Shown in pieces: positions 9,620 through 20,257 of a stretch of DNA of 64,000 nt (its first letter is position 1; each line of letters starts with the position of its first letter). Source of the stretch: Nitrospinales bacterium (GTDB lineage: Bacteria > Nitrospinota > Nitrospinia > Nitrospinales > VA-1). The notes beneath the pieces are model-generated. The model ran no database searches. It was not told the DNA's origin and saw only the letters and a program-made list of their open reading frames with translations. Location: NCBI GenBank assembly GCA_965223795.1, contig CBDCXL010000001.1:608120-672119 (forward strand), given 5' to 3'. The translations under genes and the position numbers were made by a program.

Positions 9620-11104
9620 TCACCCTTTGTCCTGGCGCACGTAAATTTTGCCGCCGATGTTCAAAAAACCGATGTGCTCTTCGGATTTTTTGCTTTTGGG
9701 CCAGAACACCCGGTTGTGATAAGGGAAAAACGCGATTTTCTCGGGCTCGCCATCGTCCGGCCTGAGTTCCAGGGTGTAGCCGGAAATGCGGTAGCTCCCC
9801 TCTCCCCGGCTGCTGCTGCCGCGGTTGCCGACGCCCGCGGGCGCGTTCGCGACCACGCCGGATGACGCCGAGGTGCTGTAGCGGCCGTTTGGCTCCAGCC
9901 GGATCGTTTTGGATTTGATCGCGACGACGCCGACGCCCACCGCGCCGCCGCTTCGTTTGAAAACACCCTCGATCGTGGTCCCCTCCGGCAAGGGCGCCAC
10001 GTAGCGATAGGGCTTGCCCTTGATCTGGATGCTGCGCCCATCCGTCTCGAGCTTTTTTTTATCCAGATATTTGAAGTCATCGTCGAAATAACCGCTCACG
10101 GTGAGCGCGTTCAGATGATAGCGGGGCGTTTCCGCATAGATGATTTTGTTTTCGTCATTGAGCAGAGCGGACGGTTTGCCCGTTCTGGCAATCACAGGCT
10201 GGGCTTTGTCGACGGCAAAATAAGCCGGATACACCGCTTTCGCCCTGCGGTACAGATCGGGATGCTCCTTGCGGAACGGACTGGCTTTTTTTGCGAAATA
10301 GCCGGGGATGTTGCGGCAAAATTCCGGGTCCTCCTCAAGGAGCCGCTTGGCGAATGCGGGAATGAGCGGCTTGAGTTTTTCGATCCGCTGCGCGTACTCG
10401 ACCTCAACCAGCCGGGTCATTGCGTGCAGTTCATTTTCACGGGAGTAGGCGTCCCAGGCTCTGGTGTTGGCGGCTTTGGTATTGCGGAATGTCTTCCCGC
10501 ACTGTTTCACCGTCGTGCGGAACACCGAGGCCGTCGTGTAGATATCGAGAATTTTTTTCTCGGAATCCGGGTTCAGACCGGATTCGACGGACGAGGATGC
10601 GGTATTTGCGGGGGGCGATGGAACCTGAGAAGCCGCCGCGCCGGAAGGTGCGCGCAAGGCGTCGAAGGCCGATCCCAGATTGGGCACACCGGCTTTCGCG
10701 ACATACTCGTCCAGGATCACGGGCAGAGCCGAACAGGCTTGAGGATTTTTTTTGAACTTTTTGCGCATTGCCGGGATTCCGATTTTTTCGAACCTGTCTT
10801 TGATCGCCGCCATCAGCGGCGTCCGCTGTGCGGGGTTCGCGTAATGCGCTTCGATGCGTTTAAGCGAATGTTTTTTGGCGAATTCCTGCATGACCACTTT
10901 GTTGACCGCCTTCCTTTGCGGAGCCACCTCATCGCAGAGGGAATGCATGTTCCTCAGCGCCAGAATATGGGCGTACAGTTTTTCAAGGGTCAGAGGCGTC
11001 TTCGAGGCCGCCTGCAGCTGCACCGGGCTTGACAGCAGCAGGCCCAGCGCAGCGGCGGTGAAGCTCAAGGTTTGTATCCAGGACGGAGTGCGTTTCGTTT
11101 TCAT
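9620..11104 (-). CDS. Secreted hypothetical multidomain protein
   Basis: Signal peptide, two similar helical Cys-pair domains, C-terminal beta-rich domain. Confidence 0.75.
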   Translation of the reverse strand: MKTKRTPSWIQTLSFTAAALGLLLSSPVQLQAASKTPLTLEKLYAHILALRNMHSLCDEVAPQRKAVNKVVMQEFAKKHSLKRIEAHYANPAQRTPLMAAIKDRFEKIGIPAMRKKFKKNPQACSALPVILDEYVAKAGVPNLGSAFDALRAPSGAAASQVPSPPANTASSSVESGLNPDSEKKILDIYTTASVFRTTVKQCGKTFRNTKAANTRAWDAYSRENELHAMTRLVEVEYAQRIEKLKPLIPAFAKRLLEEDPEFCRNIPGYFAKKASPFRKEHPDLYRRAKAVYPAYFAVDKAQPVIARTGKPSALLNDENKIIYAETPRYHLNALTVSGYFDDDFKYLDKKKLETDGRSIQIKGKPYRYVAPLPEGTTIEGVFKRSGGAVGVGVVAIKSKTIRLEPNGRYSTSASSGVVANAPAGVGNRGSSSRGEGSYRISGYTLELRPDDGEPEKIAFFPYHNRVFWPKSKKSEEHIGFLNIGGKIYVRQDKG

Positions 11105-11359
11105 GGCAATGGATCTTTATAGAGTTGGCCTGACAGAGCGGGACGGGCCCGCTGCGATGGCGTCGTTTTTCATGGTTCCAACGAGCTAATCATCTGCACG
11201 GGGCAAAGGAAATAAGGTGGATCACAAAATCGTGTGACCCAGGCCGGGTTTCGGGGATGGGATGGCGTGCGGGGCAAAGATAAAGGCTCTCCGGAGTCAC
11301 ATATCGAGAGAGCCTTGATGAAATCTGAAAATTTCCGAATCCTGCCGTTACGGGATGTT

Positions 11360-14300
11360 TCAGCCCTGCTCCGCCGCTTCGCTTTCGATGGCGGGCGCGG
11401 ATTTTTTGGTTTTTTCGCGCAGCGTCTGCACGGCAACGTAAAAGGCGGGCACCAGCAGGGTGCCGATGATAGCAGAGCCGAGCATGCCGCCGAAGATCAC
11501 GGTGCCCAGCGACTTGCGGCTCACCGCCCCGGCTCCGGAGGCGAACACCAGCGGCAGCACGCCGAGGATGAAGGAGATCGCGGTCATCATCACCGCACGG
11601 AACCGAAGCGTCGCGGCCGTCACCGCCGCGTCCAGGATGGACAGGCCCGCCTCCCGCTGCACCTTGGCGAATTCGACGATGAGGATGGCGTTCTTGGAGG
11701 CCATGCCGACCAGCATGATCATACCTATCTGGGCGTATATATTGAGAATGTTGCCGGAGCCGAGCATGATGGTGAGCGCGCTGACCAGAGCCAGAGGTAT
11801 GGACAGCAGCACGCCCAGGGGGATGGACCAGCTTTCGTACTGCGCCACCAGGAACAGGTACACGAAAATCAGCGCCAGCAGAAAAATGAGGGGCAGCTGT
11901 GCGCCGGAACGGATTTCCTGATAGGTCATCCCCGACCATTCGAAGCCCATGCCGTCCGGCAGGACGCGTTCGGCAAGCTGCTCCACGGCCGCGATGGCCT
12001 GGCCGGTGCTGAAACCCGGTCCGGGGCTGCCGTTGACCTTGGCCGCCCGGAACACGTTGTAGCGCGTCAGACTTTCCGGCCCGAGTATGGAGGTGGTGCG
12101 TGTCAGCGTGCGCAGCGGCACCATCACGCCGTCGGCGCTCCGTACATAAATGCGGCCGATGTCCTCCCGGTCGTCGCGGAAGTCCGATTCGGCCTGGATG
12201 ATCACCCGGTAGACGCGGCCGAATTTGTTGAAGTCGTTGACATAGAGCGATCCCAGCTGGGCCTGCAGACTGTCGAAGATTTCCGATACGGGCACGCCCA
12301 GGGCCTTGGCCTGCAGCCGGTCGATTTCCAGCTCGATCTGCGGGACCTCCGCCGTGAACGTGCTGAACACGTTCTGCAGATGCGGATGCTGGTTGGCTTC
12401 GAAGATGAATCCGCGCGTCGCTGTCGAGAGTTCCTGCGGATCGCCGCCCCGCTTGTCCTGCAGCTGCAGCTCGAAGCCGCTGGCGTTTCCCAGACTGCGG
12501 ATCGGCGGCGGCGTGAAGGCGATGGCGCGCGCGCCGGGGACCTGGCCCATCATGCCCCAGACGCGGCCCAACAGGGCGTCGCTGGAAAGACCGGGCGCCG
12601 TCCGTTCCTCCCAGGGCTTGAGCACGCAGATCACGGTTCCGGAGTTCGGCTTGACCCCGCTGATCAGTCCGGTGCCGATCAGGGCCACGATGTTTTCCAC
12701 GCCCGGCAGCGATTTCATGAGCGCCTCGACCTGACGGATCACCCCGTCGGTGCGGTTCAACGCCGCGCCGTCCGGAAGCTGCACGTCGACGAAGATCACG
12801 CCCTGGTCCTCCTGCGGAATGAAGCCGGTGGGCGATGCCTTGAACATCAGGACGCCGCCGCCGGCGAGAACCGCGAACACCAGGGTGACGAGCACCAGGC
12901 GCCGCACCAGTATTTTCACGCCGGACACGTAGCCCTTTGCAACCCGGTCGAACACCGCCTCGAACCAGCGCAGGGCGAACCAGGGCCGCGGCTGCTCTTG
13001 GCGCAGCACGGTGGCGCACAGGGCGGGACTGAGCGTGAGCGCGTTGAGCGAGGACAGGGAAACGGCGATGGCGAGGGTCACGGAGAACTGCCGGTACAAT
13101 TGCCCGGAAATGCCGGTCATGAAGGTGATCGGCACGAACACGGCGAGCAGGACCAGCGTGGTGGCGACGATCGGGCCGGACACTTCGGTCATTGCCTTGC
13201 GCGCCGCTTCCTTCGGGGGCATTCCTTCCGCCATATGGCGCTGCACGTTTTCCACCACGACGATGGCGTCGTCCACCACGATGCCGATCGCCAGAACCAG
13301 CGCGAACAGCGTCAGCGTGTTGATGGTGTAACCCAGCGCCAAAAGCAGCGCAAACGTCCCGATCAGCGATACCGGGATGGCGAGAGCCGGGATCAGGGTC
13401 GCGCGCCAGTCCTGGATGAACACGTACACGACCAGCATGACCAGGGCCAGGGCGATGAACAGGGTCTGCACCAGTTCCGCCAGCGACCGGTCGATGAATT
13501 TGGTGGCATCGTAGGGGATGATGTACTGGACGTCATCGGGAAAGTCCTTCGACAATTCCTGCATCTTTTCCCGGATCCGTTCGGCGACCTCCAGCGCGTT
13601 CGCTTCCGGGAGCTGGTAGATGGCGAAATTGACGGTGGGCGACTGGTTCAGACGGGAAAACGTTTCAAAGGTCTGGGAGCTCAATTCCACCCGCGCGATG
13701 TCGCGCAGGCGCACCACAGAACCGTCGGACTGCGCGCGGATGATGATGTTCTCGAATTCGGATACATCCGAAAGCCGTCCTTTCGCCTGGATCGTGTACT
13801 GGAACTGCTGATCGGGAGCGGACGGGGAGCGCCCCACCTGCCCGGCGGCGGCCTGCAGGTTCTGATCGCGGATGGAGGCGACCACGTCGTTGGTGGTGAT
13901 GCCCAGGTTGACCATCTGATCGGGGTTGAGCCAGATGCGGATCGAATAGTCCAGAGCCCCGAAAATGGCGACCTTGCTGACGCCGGGAACGCGGGCCAGC
14001 ACATCCTTGATGTTGATGGTGATGAAGTTGCTCAAAAACAACTGGTCGTAGGTGCCGTTGGGAGACGAAAACGCGACGATCTGGAGAAATTCGGGCGACT
14101 GTTTCTGCACCGAGATTCCCGAGCGGTTCACTTCTTCCGGCAGGGTCGGGGTGGCCAGGGACACCCGGTTCTGCACATTGACGGCGGCCATGTCGGCATT
14201 GGTGCCGATCTCAAATGTAATGTCGAGCGTGTAGGTGCCGTTGTCCGTGCTCTTGGAGGACATGTAGATCATGTTCTCGACACCGTTGACCTGGGCTTCG

Positions 14301-14497
14301 ATGGGCGTGGCGACGGTGCTCTCCACCACAGCGGCGCTGGCGCCGGGATAGGAGGCGGTGACCTGCACCTGCGGCGGCGCGATGGGCGGATACAGCGAAA
14401 CCGGCATCAAGGGAAGGGAAACCAGGCCGGCGATGACGATGACGATGGAGATGACAAACGCGAAGCGGGGCCGTTCGATGAAAAACTGACTGAACAT
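11360..14497 (-). CDS. RND efflux permease, HAE1 (AcrB/MexF-like) family
   Basis: [50 protein letters not shown]; 1045 aa. Confidence 0.97.
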   Translation of the reverse strand: MFSQFFIERPRFAFVISIVIVIAGLVSLPLMPVSLYPPIAPPQVQVTASYPGASAAVVESTVATPIEAQVNGVENMIYMSSKSTDNGTYTLDITFEIGTNADMAAVNVQNRVSLATPTLPEEVNRSGISVQKQSPEFLQIVAFSSPNGTYDQLFLSNFITINIKDVLARVPGVSKVAIFGALDYSIRIWLNPDQMVNLGITTNDVVASIRDQNLQAAAGQVGRSPSAPDQQFQYTIQAKGRLSDVSEFENIIIRAQSDGSVVRLRDIARVELSSQTFETFSRLNQSPTVNFAIYQLPEANALEVAERIREKMQELSKDFPDDVQYIIPYDATKFIDRSLAELVQTLFIALALVMLVVYVFIQDWRATLIPALAIPVSLIGTFALLLALGYTINTLTLFALVLAIGIVVDDAIVVVENVQRHMAEGMPPKEAARKAMTEVSGPIVATTLVLLAVFVPITFMTGISGQLYRQFSVTLAIAVSLSSLNALTLSPALCATVLRQEQPRPWFALRWFEAVFDRVAKGYVSGVKILVRRLVLVTLVFAVLAGGGVLMFKASPTGFIPQEDQGVIFVDVQLPDGAALNRTDGVIRQVEALMKSLPGVENIVALIGTGLISGVKPNSGTVICVLKPWEERTAPGLSSDALLGRVWGMMGQVPGARAIAFTPPPIRSLGNASGFELQLQDKRGGDPQELSTATRGFIFEANQHPHLQNVFSTFTAEVPQIELEIDRLQAKALGVPVSEIFDSLQAQLGSLYVNDFNKFGRVYRVIIQAESDFRDDREDIGRIYVRSADGVMVPLRTLTRTTSILGPESLTRYNVFRAAKVNGSPGPGFSTGQAIAAVEQLAERVLPDGMGFEWSGMTYQEIRSGAQLPLIFLLALIFVYLFLVAQYESWSIPLGVLLSIPLALVSALTIMLGSGNILNIYAQIGMIMLVGMASKNAILIVEFAKVQREAGLSILDAAVTAATLRFRAVMMTAISFILGVLPLVFASGAGAVSRKSLGTVIFGGMLGSAIIGTLLVPAFYVAVQTLREKTKKSAPAIESEAAEQG

Positions 14498-14500
14498 CGC

Positions 14501-15709
14501 TCACCCCTCCGCCGGTGGAGCCGCCGGAGGGGCCTGGGAAATGTTCACCATGACGCCGGGCCGCACTTTTTGCAGTCCTTCGGAAATCACCCGCTCGCCG
14601 ACTTCCAGCCCTTCGCGGACGATCACGTTGACTTCGTGCTTGTCCCCCAGCGTGACGTAGCGTTTCTGCACCCGGTTTTCCGCGTCCACCACCAGCGCGA
14701 ACGCGCCTGCCTGATCCTGCTGGATGGCGATCTGGGGAATCACTTTTTCGCTCTTGATGTCGTCCCGTTTCACCAGCACCTTCACAAACTGGCCGGGCAG
14801 CAGCAGCCGCAGGTTGTGCGGGATGTTGGCCTTGCCCGGCAGCACGTTCTGCCCCTGGTTCGGGAACACGGCGCGGATAGTGATGGTGCCGGTTTTTTCA
14901 TCGACGGTGTGGCTGACGAAATCCTCGACGCCTTCGAACGGATACTGGGTTCCGTTGGGCAGCTCGATCCTGGGAATGAAGGTGGTGGCTTTGCCTTTTT
15001 TGATCTGGTTCTGGAACTCGGTGAGGACCGCCGCGGAACTCACGGTGAACAGGACATAAATGGGGTCCATCTGCACGATGGTCGCCAGCGTCCCGGTGTC
15101 CGGCCCCACCAGGTTGCCTTCGTTGATGGAAACCCGGCCGATGCGCCCATCGAAGGGAGCGCGGATCTCGGTGTAACTGAGATTCAGCTTCGCCTGATCC
15201 AGCTTGGCCTGCGCGTTCTTCACCTGGGCCAGGGCGCGCTGATGATCGCTTTTGGCCTTGTCGAGATCGGACTGCGACACGCCGCCCTTGCGCACGCCCT
15301 TGAGGCGCTTCAGATAAGACGCCGCGTTGTCCAGCGTGGCCTGGGCGTCGGCGAGGTTGGCCTCCGCCGCCTTGACTTCGATCTTGTAGGGTGCCGGCTC
15401 GATCACGAACAAGAGCTGGCCCTTTTCGATGTCCTCGCCTTCCTTGAAATTGCGCGATTCCAGATAGCCTGTGACCCTCGCCACCAGGTTGACCGTTTTC
15501 TGCGCCGCTGTGCGGCCCACCAGCTCATAGGTGGTGGTGACTTCCTTTTCCAGGACCGGAGTGACGCGCACCGCCGGAGGCGGCCGTTTTTCGGGCGCCG
15601 CCGCGCCGCTTTGCTGGCTCTTGCAGCCGGCCGCCAGCAGCAGCAGGACCAGCAGCAGAGAAAAATTCCATCTAGATGGGTATAAAACCATTTTCATTGT
15701 TTCCAGCAC
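14501..15709 (-). CDS. RND efflux periplasmic adaptor (MFP) lipoprotein; start may be 15697
   Basis: LAAGC lipobox, ARVTGYL, YTEIRAPFDGRIG, LLPGQFV. Confidence 0.95.
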   Translation of the reverse strand: MLETMKMVLYPSRWNFSLLLVLLLLAAGCKSQQSGAAAPEKRPPPAVRVTPVLEKEVTTTYELVGRTAAQKTVNLVARVTGYLESRNFKEGEDIEKGQLLFVIEPAPYKIEVKAAEANLADAQATLDNAASYLKRLKGVRKGGVSQSDLDKAKSDHQRALAQVKNAQAKLDQAKLNLSYTEIRAPFDGRIGRVSINEGNLVGPDTGTLATIVQMDPIYVLFTVSSAAVLTEFQNQIKKGKATTFIPRIELPNGTQYPFEGVEDFVSHTVDEKTGTITIRAVFPNQGQNVLPGKANIPHNLRLLLPGQFVKVLVKRDDIKSEKVIPQIAIQQDQAGAFALVVDAENRVQKRYVTLGDKHEVNVIVREGLEVGERVISEGLQKVRPGVMVNISQAPPAAPPAEG

Positions 15710-17248
15710 TCAGGATTTGGGAACGCTCTTCTCCACCTTTTCCGCGCTTTCCACCCCGCCCCCCATAAAAGGATCCCAGCCGCCGCCCAGCGCTTTGTAC
15801 AGGCGGATCAGGTTCGAGGTGACGGCGGCTTCGCTGACCGCCAGTTGATCCTGAAAGCTGAACAAGGAGCGCTCCGCTTCCAGCACGCCGATGAAATCGG
15901 ACAGTCCGGCCGTGTACAGCTCGCGCGCCAATTCGGCGGCTTTTTCCGCCGACTCGGTGGATTTGAGCAGGGATCTGCGGCGGACCTGCTCGTCGGCATA
16001 GGCGATCAGGGCGTTCTCGACGTCCTGCACCGCGGTCAGGACCGACGCTTCATACTGGATCAGCGCCTGCTCCTGGATGGCGTCCTCCACCTTGATGTTC
16101 TGGCGGATGCGGCCGGCGTCGAACACGTTCCAGGTGATCTGCGGGCCGATCTGAAACACCGAGGCGGGACCGGTGAACAGGCTGCCCGCGGACAGCGATT
16201 CCAGCCCCACGGAACCGAACAGGGTCAATTTAGGATATAACTCGGCGGTGGCGACACCCACCCGCGCGGTCTGCGCCGCCAGTTCGCGCTCCGCGCGCCG
16301 CACATCGGGACGGCGGCGCAACAGCTCGGCAGGCAGCCCGACCGCCACCTCCACCGGCGTGACGGGGATGGCGCGGTATTCTTCCAGTTCTTCGCTCAAG
16401 GCTCCGGGGAATTCGCCGAGCAGCACGGCGAGATTGTTTTTGCCCTGCTCGATGCCGGTGCGGAGCGAGGGGATCTCGGCTTTGGTGCTCTCCAGGTTGT
16501 ACTTGGCCTGTTCGAGCGTCAACGCCGTGGTCAGTCCCGAAGCCAGCCGATCCTTGACGATCTGGTAGGTCTCTTCCTGGGCTTTCTGGTTTTTGACAGC
16601 GGCTTCCAGCCGCGCCTGGAAGGAACGGATCTCCATGTAGTTCAGCGCCACTTCCGCCACCAGGGTGACGAGGGTGTCGCTCAAAGCCTCTTCCTGCGCT
16701 TCGACGGAAGCCTGGGCCGATTCCACGGCGCGGCGCTTGCCGCCGAAGATGTCCACCTCCCAGCTGGCGTCGAAGCCGGTGGCGTAGAGATCGCTTTCGC
16801 CGCCGGGGCCGGTCTTTTCACTGGAGCCGATCTTGGTCACGGAGGCGTCGGTGTCGATGGTCGGAAACCGGTCCGCCCGGGCGATGCCCCTGCGGGCGCG
16901 TTCTTCCTTGACGCGCGACTGCGCCAGCTTGAGATCGAGGTTGCCCTGCACCGCCCGCTGGATCAATTTGGTCAACAGCGGATCTTCCAGGGTTTCCCAC
17001 CACACCGGCAGCATCTCCGGCGGCACCTGCTTGGCCGGTATGAACGGCTCGGAGGCTTTTGCTTCCGGCTTCGAACCGGCGGGGAATTTCTCAGGAACGT
17101 TCTTTTCGGCGGCCTTGAACTCTTTGGGCATTCTGGGGTCGGGATCGGGCGGAATGTAATCCGGACCGACCGTGGCGCACCCGGCAAAGCCGAAGAAAAG
17201 GACGTACACGGGCAGGAGGCGAACCCATCTGTCTCGACGATCGTGCAT
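15710..17248 (-). CDS. RND outer-membrane factor lipoprotein (NodT/OprM family)
   Basis: AGCATVGPDY lipobox, ASWEVDIFG, LLRRRPDVRRAE, LYKALGGGW. Confidence 0.95.
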   Translation of the reverse strand: MHDRRDRWVRLLPVYVLFFGFAGCATVGPDYIPPDPDPRMPKEFKAAEKNVPEKFPAGSKPEAKASEPFIPAKQVPPEMLPVWWETLEDPLLTKLIQRAVQGNLDLKLAQSRVKEERARRGIARADRFPTIDTDASVTKIGSSEKTGPGGESDLYATGFDASWEVDIFGGKRRAVESAQASVEAQEEALSDTLVTLVAEVALNYMEIRSFQARLEAAVKNQKAQEETYQIVKDRLASGLTTALTLEQAKYNLESTKAEIPSLRTGIEQGKNNLAVLLGEFPGALSEELEEYRAIPVTPVEVAVGLPAELLRRRPDVRRAERELAAQTARVGVATAELYPKLTLFGSVGLESLSAGSLFTGPASVFQIGPQITWNVFDAGRIRQNIKVEDAIQEQALIQYEASVLTAVQDVENALIAYADEQVRRRSLLKSTESAEKAAELARELYTAGLSDFIGVLEAERSLFSFQDQLAVSEAAVTSNLIRLYKALGGGWDPFMGGGVESAEKVEKSVPKS

Positions 17249-17490
17249 TGGCTCGAATCGTTGGCATGGATAAAAAGAATGAACCTGAATTTTACTGCAC
17301 CCGCACCGGGACTTCAATCATATTGAAATCAAGGCAATATCGGAGGACCCCCCAGGGAAATCAATCCCCCGAAAGCATGGGTGATATCGAGGCGGCACAG
17401 AGGGGAACGCGCGGCCGGAATCGAGCCGGATTCAACGGACATCGCGTGGAAGTCAGGGCGGGCATCCGGTTTTTCAGCTACACTATCCGT

Positions 17491-17691
17491 ATGCAGCGCT
17501 TCATTCTGATATTCGGAATTCTACTGGTGGTGCTCGGACTGCTGTGGCCGTGGATCACGAAAATCGGCCTGGGACGGCTGCCGGGAGACCTCGTCGTCCG
17601 GCGGGAGAATTTCCAGTTTTACTTTCCCGTCACCACCTGCCTGCTGTTGAGCGGGCTGGCGAGTTTGCTGTTCTGGCTGTTCCGCAAATGA
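17491..17691 (+). CDS. DUF2905 small membrane protein
   Basis: LGRLPGDLVVRRENFQFYFPVTTCLLLS motif. Confidence 0.9.
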   Translation: MQRFILIFGILLVVLGLLWPWITKIGLGRLPGDLVVRRENFQFYFPVTTCLLLSGLASLLFWLFRK

Positions 17692-17802
17692 GGCCGACGG
17701 ATTGTTGCCCATCGCGCACCCCGGGAACACGATGGTTCCCGGAGTGGCGCGCGTCTGTCTGTCGACGAATATCTAATCGTACTGTCGTATAGATAATAAC
17801 CA

Positions 17803-18016
17803 GACAGGATAACGGGATAAAAACGGAAACCGGTCTCGCGCAAAGACGCCAAGACGCAAAGCCCCCCTCACCCAAACTACTTTCAGAATGCAATAAGCAG
17901 GCGCCGAGCTATGCTCGCCCTCTCCCCGAGTGAAAGGGAATGGCAAATATCCGTTGTCATGCGGAACTCTCGTTCTCCGGCAAACTCAGGACAAGCCCTT
18001 CGCAAGCTCAAGACTG
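17803..18016. repeat. Cluster of short intergenic repeat modules (REP-like)
   Basis: ACAGGATAACGGGATAAAA, CGCAAAGACGCCAAGACGCAAAG and CTCAGGACAAGCCCTTCGCAAGCTCAAGAC; each module recurs elsewhere in the window. Confidence 0.6.
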
Positions 18017-18063
18017 ACTCTGCGAAAAACCAGGATGCCTTATGAATAAATTCTGAATCTTCT

Positions 18064-18411
18064 TCAGCCGTTCGGGTTTTCGTAGAAGATGTAACTGGTG
18101 GAATAGTCGCTGAACTCGAAATAGACTTTCTTTTCTCCCTTGTCTTTTGCAAGGTTTTTATTTTCGTCCAGAATGCCGTAGCCGTAGCGGTACGGCCGGG
18201 AAGCGCTTCCTTTGGTGCTGGTCGCGGTGGAAATCTTGTCGATTTTGATGAAGCGCTTGACAAGCTCGCCTCCTGCGTAAATATCCAGCACACCGTCGGT
18301 CCCGGTGTAGTTTTGCACGGCCCGGCCTATTTTATTCTGTGTTTCCTGGGTGCAGCCTGCAGCCAGGATTGAAAACGCGATCGCCAAAATAGCAAAAACC
18401 CTTCGATTCAT
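18064..18411 (-). CDS. Hypothetical lipoprotein
   Basis: LAAGC lipobox; CAGGAGGG RBS; alternative ATG at 18417. Confidence 0.8.
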   Translation of the reverse strand: MNRRVFAILAIAFSILAAGCTQETQNKIGRAVQNYTGTDGVLDIYAGGELVKRFIKIDKISTATSTKGSASRPYRYGYGILDENKNLAKDKGEKKVYFEFSDYSTSYIFYENPNG

Positions 18412-18510
18412 ATTCATCCCTCCTGATTCAAGGTTATGAATCCATCCTATCACAACGGCCCGGCGCGGCGTCCCGAATCGCTTCGGGTTCAAAAAGGCGT
18501 GCTTCACTGT

Positions 18511-18723
18511 CTAGGATTCCGGCTCCGGCAGATCCCAGCCCCGATCTTTCATGCACTTGATGTAATTGGGATGGGTGACGACGGGAAACTCCGTGTAGGC
18601 TTCGCAGTAGCTTTTGTCTTTTTCGAATTGGACCTCGCCGGGGGACAGGTTTTCGTTCTGAACCGCCGCGGCGCATCCCGCGATCGTCCCTGCCAGCAGG
18701 CAAATCCATGCGTGTCGAATCAT
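18511..18723 (-). CDS. Small lipoprotein with C...CMKDRGW motif
   Basis: IAGC lipobox; AAGGAGG RBS; resembles 25596..25922. Confidence 0.75.
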   Translation of the reverse strand: MIRHAWICLLAGTIAGCAAAVQNENLSPGEVQFEKDKSYCEAYTEFPVVTHPNYIKCMKDRGWDLPEPES

Positions 18724-18940
18724 GGTCCCTCCTTGCTGCGAGTGTGATGTCTATGAGAAATGTCTCAAATCGTATCGAACCGGAACCGGTTTTGAAAGGA
18801 AATCAGACCGCAAGTCCGGTGGCCGGCAGATTAAAAATATTTAATTCTTTTTGGCGCAACTTGCTGCTTCGATTGGATTAAAATGGAAGGCAACCAGCGC
18901 CGGTACACAGCCGAAAACCTGTTTTCCCATCACCGCTCGC

Positions 18941-20239
18941 ATGATCGATTTATTGGCCGCACGCTCTCAAATGGCCGTGTCACTCGGCTTTCACATCGTG
19001 TTCGCCTGCATCGGCATCGCCATGCCGTTTTTCATGGCGGTCTCCCACTGGAAATGGCTGCGCACGGGCCAGCGCTTTTTTCTCGATCTCACCCAGGCCT
19101 GGCTGAAGGGCGTCGCCATCTTCTTCGCCATCGGCGCGGTCTCCGGAACCGTGCTTTCCTTCGAGCTGGGGCTGTTGTTTCCCAAATTCATGGAGGTCGC
19201 GGGGCCGATCATCGGCCTGCCATTTTCGCTGGAAGGCGCGGCGTTTTTCCTGGAAGCGATCGCTCTCAGCCTTTACCTGTACGGCTGGAATAAAATCAAC
19301 CGCTGGGTGCACTGGAGCATGGCGGTGGTGATGGGCATCGCGGGCGCCGCTTCGGGCATCATCGTCATCTGCGCCAACGGCTGGATGAACAGCCCGGCGG
19401 GGTTCGACTGGGTCGACGGCCAGGCGGTCAACATCGATCCCTACGCCGCCATGTTCAACGACGCCTCGCTGCACCAGGGGATTCACATGACGATCGCCGC
19501 ATTCGCCGCGACGGGGTTCGCGGTGGCGGGCATCCACGCAATCCTGCTGCTCAGGAAAAGAAGCACGGCGTTCCATCAGGCGGCGCTGAAAATCGCGCTG
19601 ACGTTCGGTGCGGCGGCGTCTCTCATGCAGCCGGTCAGCGGCGATCTGATCTCCCGGCACCTGACGGAACACCAGCCGGAAAAAGCCGCCGCCATGCACG
19701 CGCAGTTCAAAACGCAGAAAGGCGCGCCGCTGCTGATCGGCGGCATTCCCATCGAGGAGGAAAAAACGGTCAAATTCGGGATCTACATCCCGAAGATGCT
19801 GAGCTTCCTCGCGCACCACGATTTCAACGCGGAAGTCACGGGACTCGACGCCTTTCCGGAAGAGAACCACCCGCCGGTGGCGGTGGTGCATTTCGCGTTT
19901 CAGATCATGGTCGGCATCGGAACGCTGCTTGCGGGTCTATCCGCATTGTATTTTCTGTTCCTGTGGCGCAAACCGCAGTGGGTGTTTCACCCGGCGTTTC
20001 TCAAGTGCCTGGCGTTCGCCATCCCGCTGGGTTTCATCGCCATTCAGGCGGGCTGGGTGGTGACGGAGGTGGGACGCCAGCCGTGGATCATTTACAAGGT
20101 GATGAAAGTGTCGGAAGCGGTGACGCCGATGCCGGGATTGATCATCCCGTTTTTTCTGTTCACCGGAATTTATATCTTTTTGTCGTTCGTCGCGTTCTGG
20201 CTGTTGACCCGCCAGATCCGTGCGGTGAAAAACCAGTGA
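18941..20239 (+). CDS. cydA: Cytochrome bd-type oxidase subunit I (short Q-loop)
   Basis: ARSQMAVSLGFHIVF, LEGAAFFLEA, NGWMNSP, FQIMVGIG, GWVVTEVGRQPW. Confidence 0.93.
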   Translation: MIDLLAARSQMAVSLGFHIVFACIGIAMPFFMAVSHWKWLRTGQRFFLDLTQAWLKGVAIFFAIGAVSGTVLSFELGLLFPKFMEVAGPIIGLPFSLEGAAFFLEAIALSLYLYGWNKINRWVHWSMAVVMGIAGAASGIIVICANGWMNSPAGFDWVDGQAVNIDPYAAMFNDASLHQGIHMTIAAFAATGFAVAGIHAILLLRKRSTAFHQAALKIALTFGAAASLMQPVSGDLISRHLTEHQPEKAAAMHAQFKTQKGAPLLIGGIPIEEEKTVKFGIYIPKMLSFLAHHDFNAEVTGLDAFPEENHPPVAVVHFAFQIMVGIGTLLAGLSALYFLFLWRKPQWVFHPAFLKCLAFAIPLGFIAIQAGWVVTEVGRQPWIIYKVMKVSEAVTPMPGLIIPFFLFTGIYIFLSFVAFWLLTRQIRAVKNQ

Positions 20240-20257
20240 TTGGAGAGGTCCGGATTC

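Noticed and set aside
11234..15685. 1483-aa plus-strand ORF, and other long antisense ORFs such as 44581..46353, 26128..28023 and 31620..33053
   Set aside because: They shadow well-supported genes on the opposite strand, which is expected in GC-rich DNA, and show no recognisable motifs.
18851..18868. Sigma-54-like motif upstream of cydA (TTGGCGCAACTTGC)
   Set aside because: GG-to-GC spacing is 8 nt rather than the required 10.
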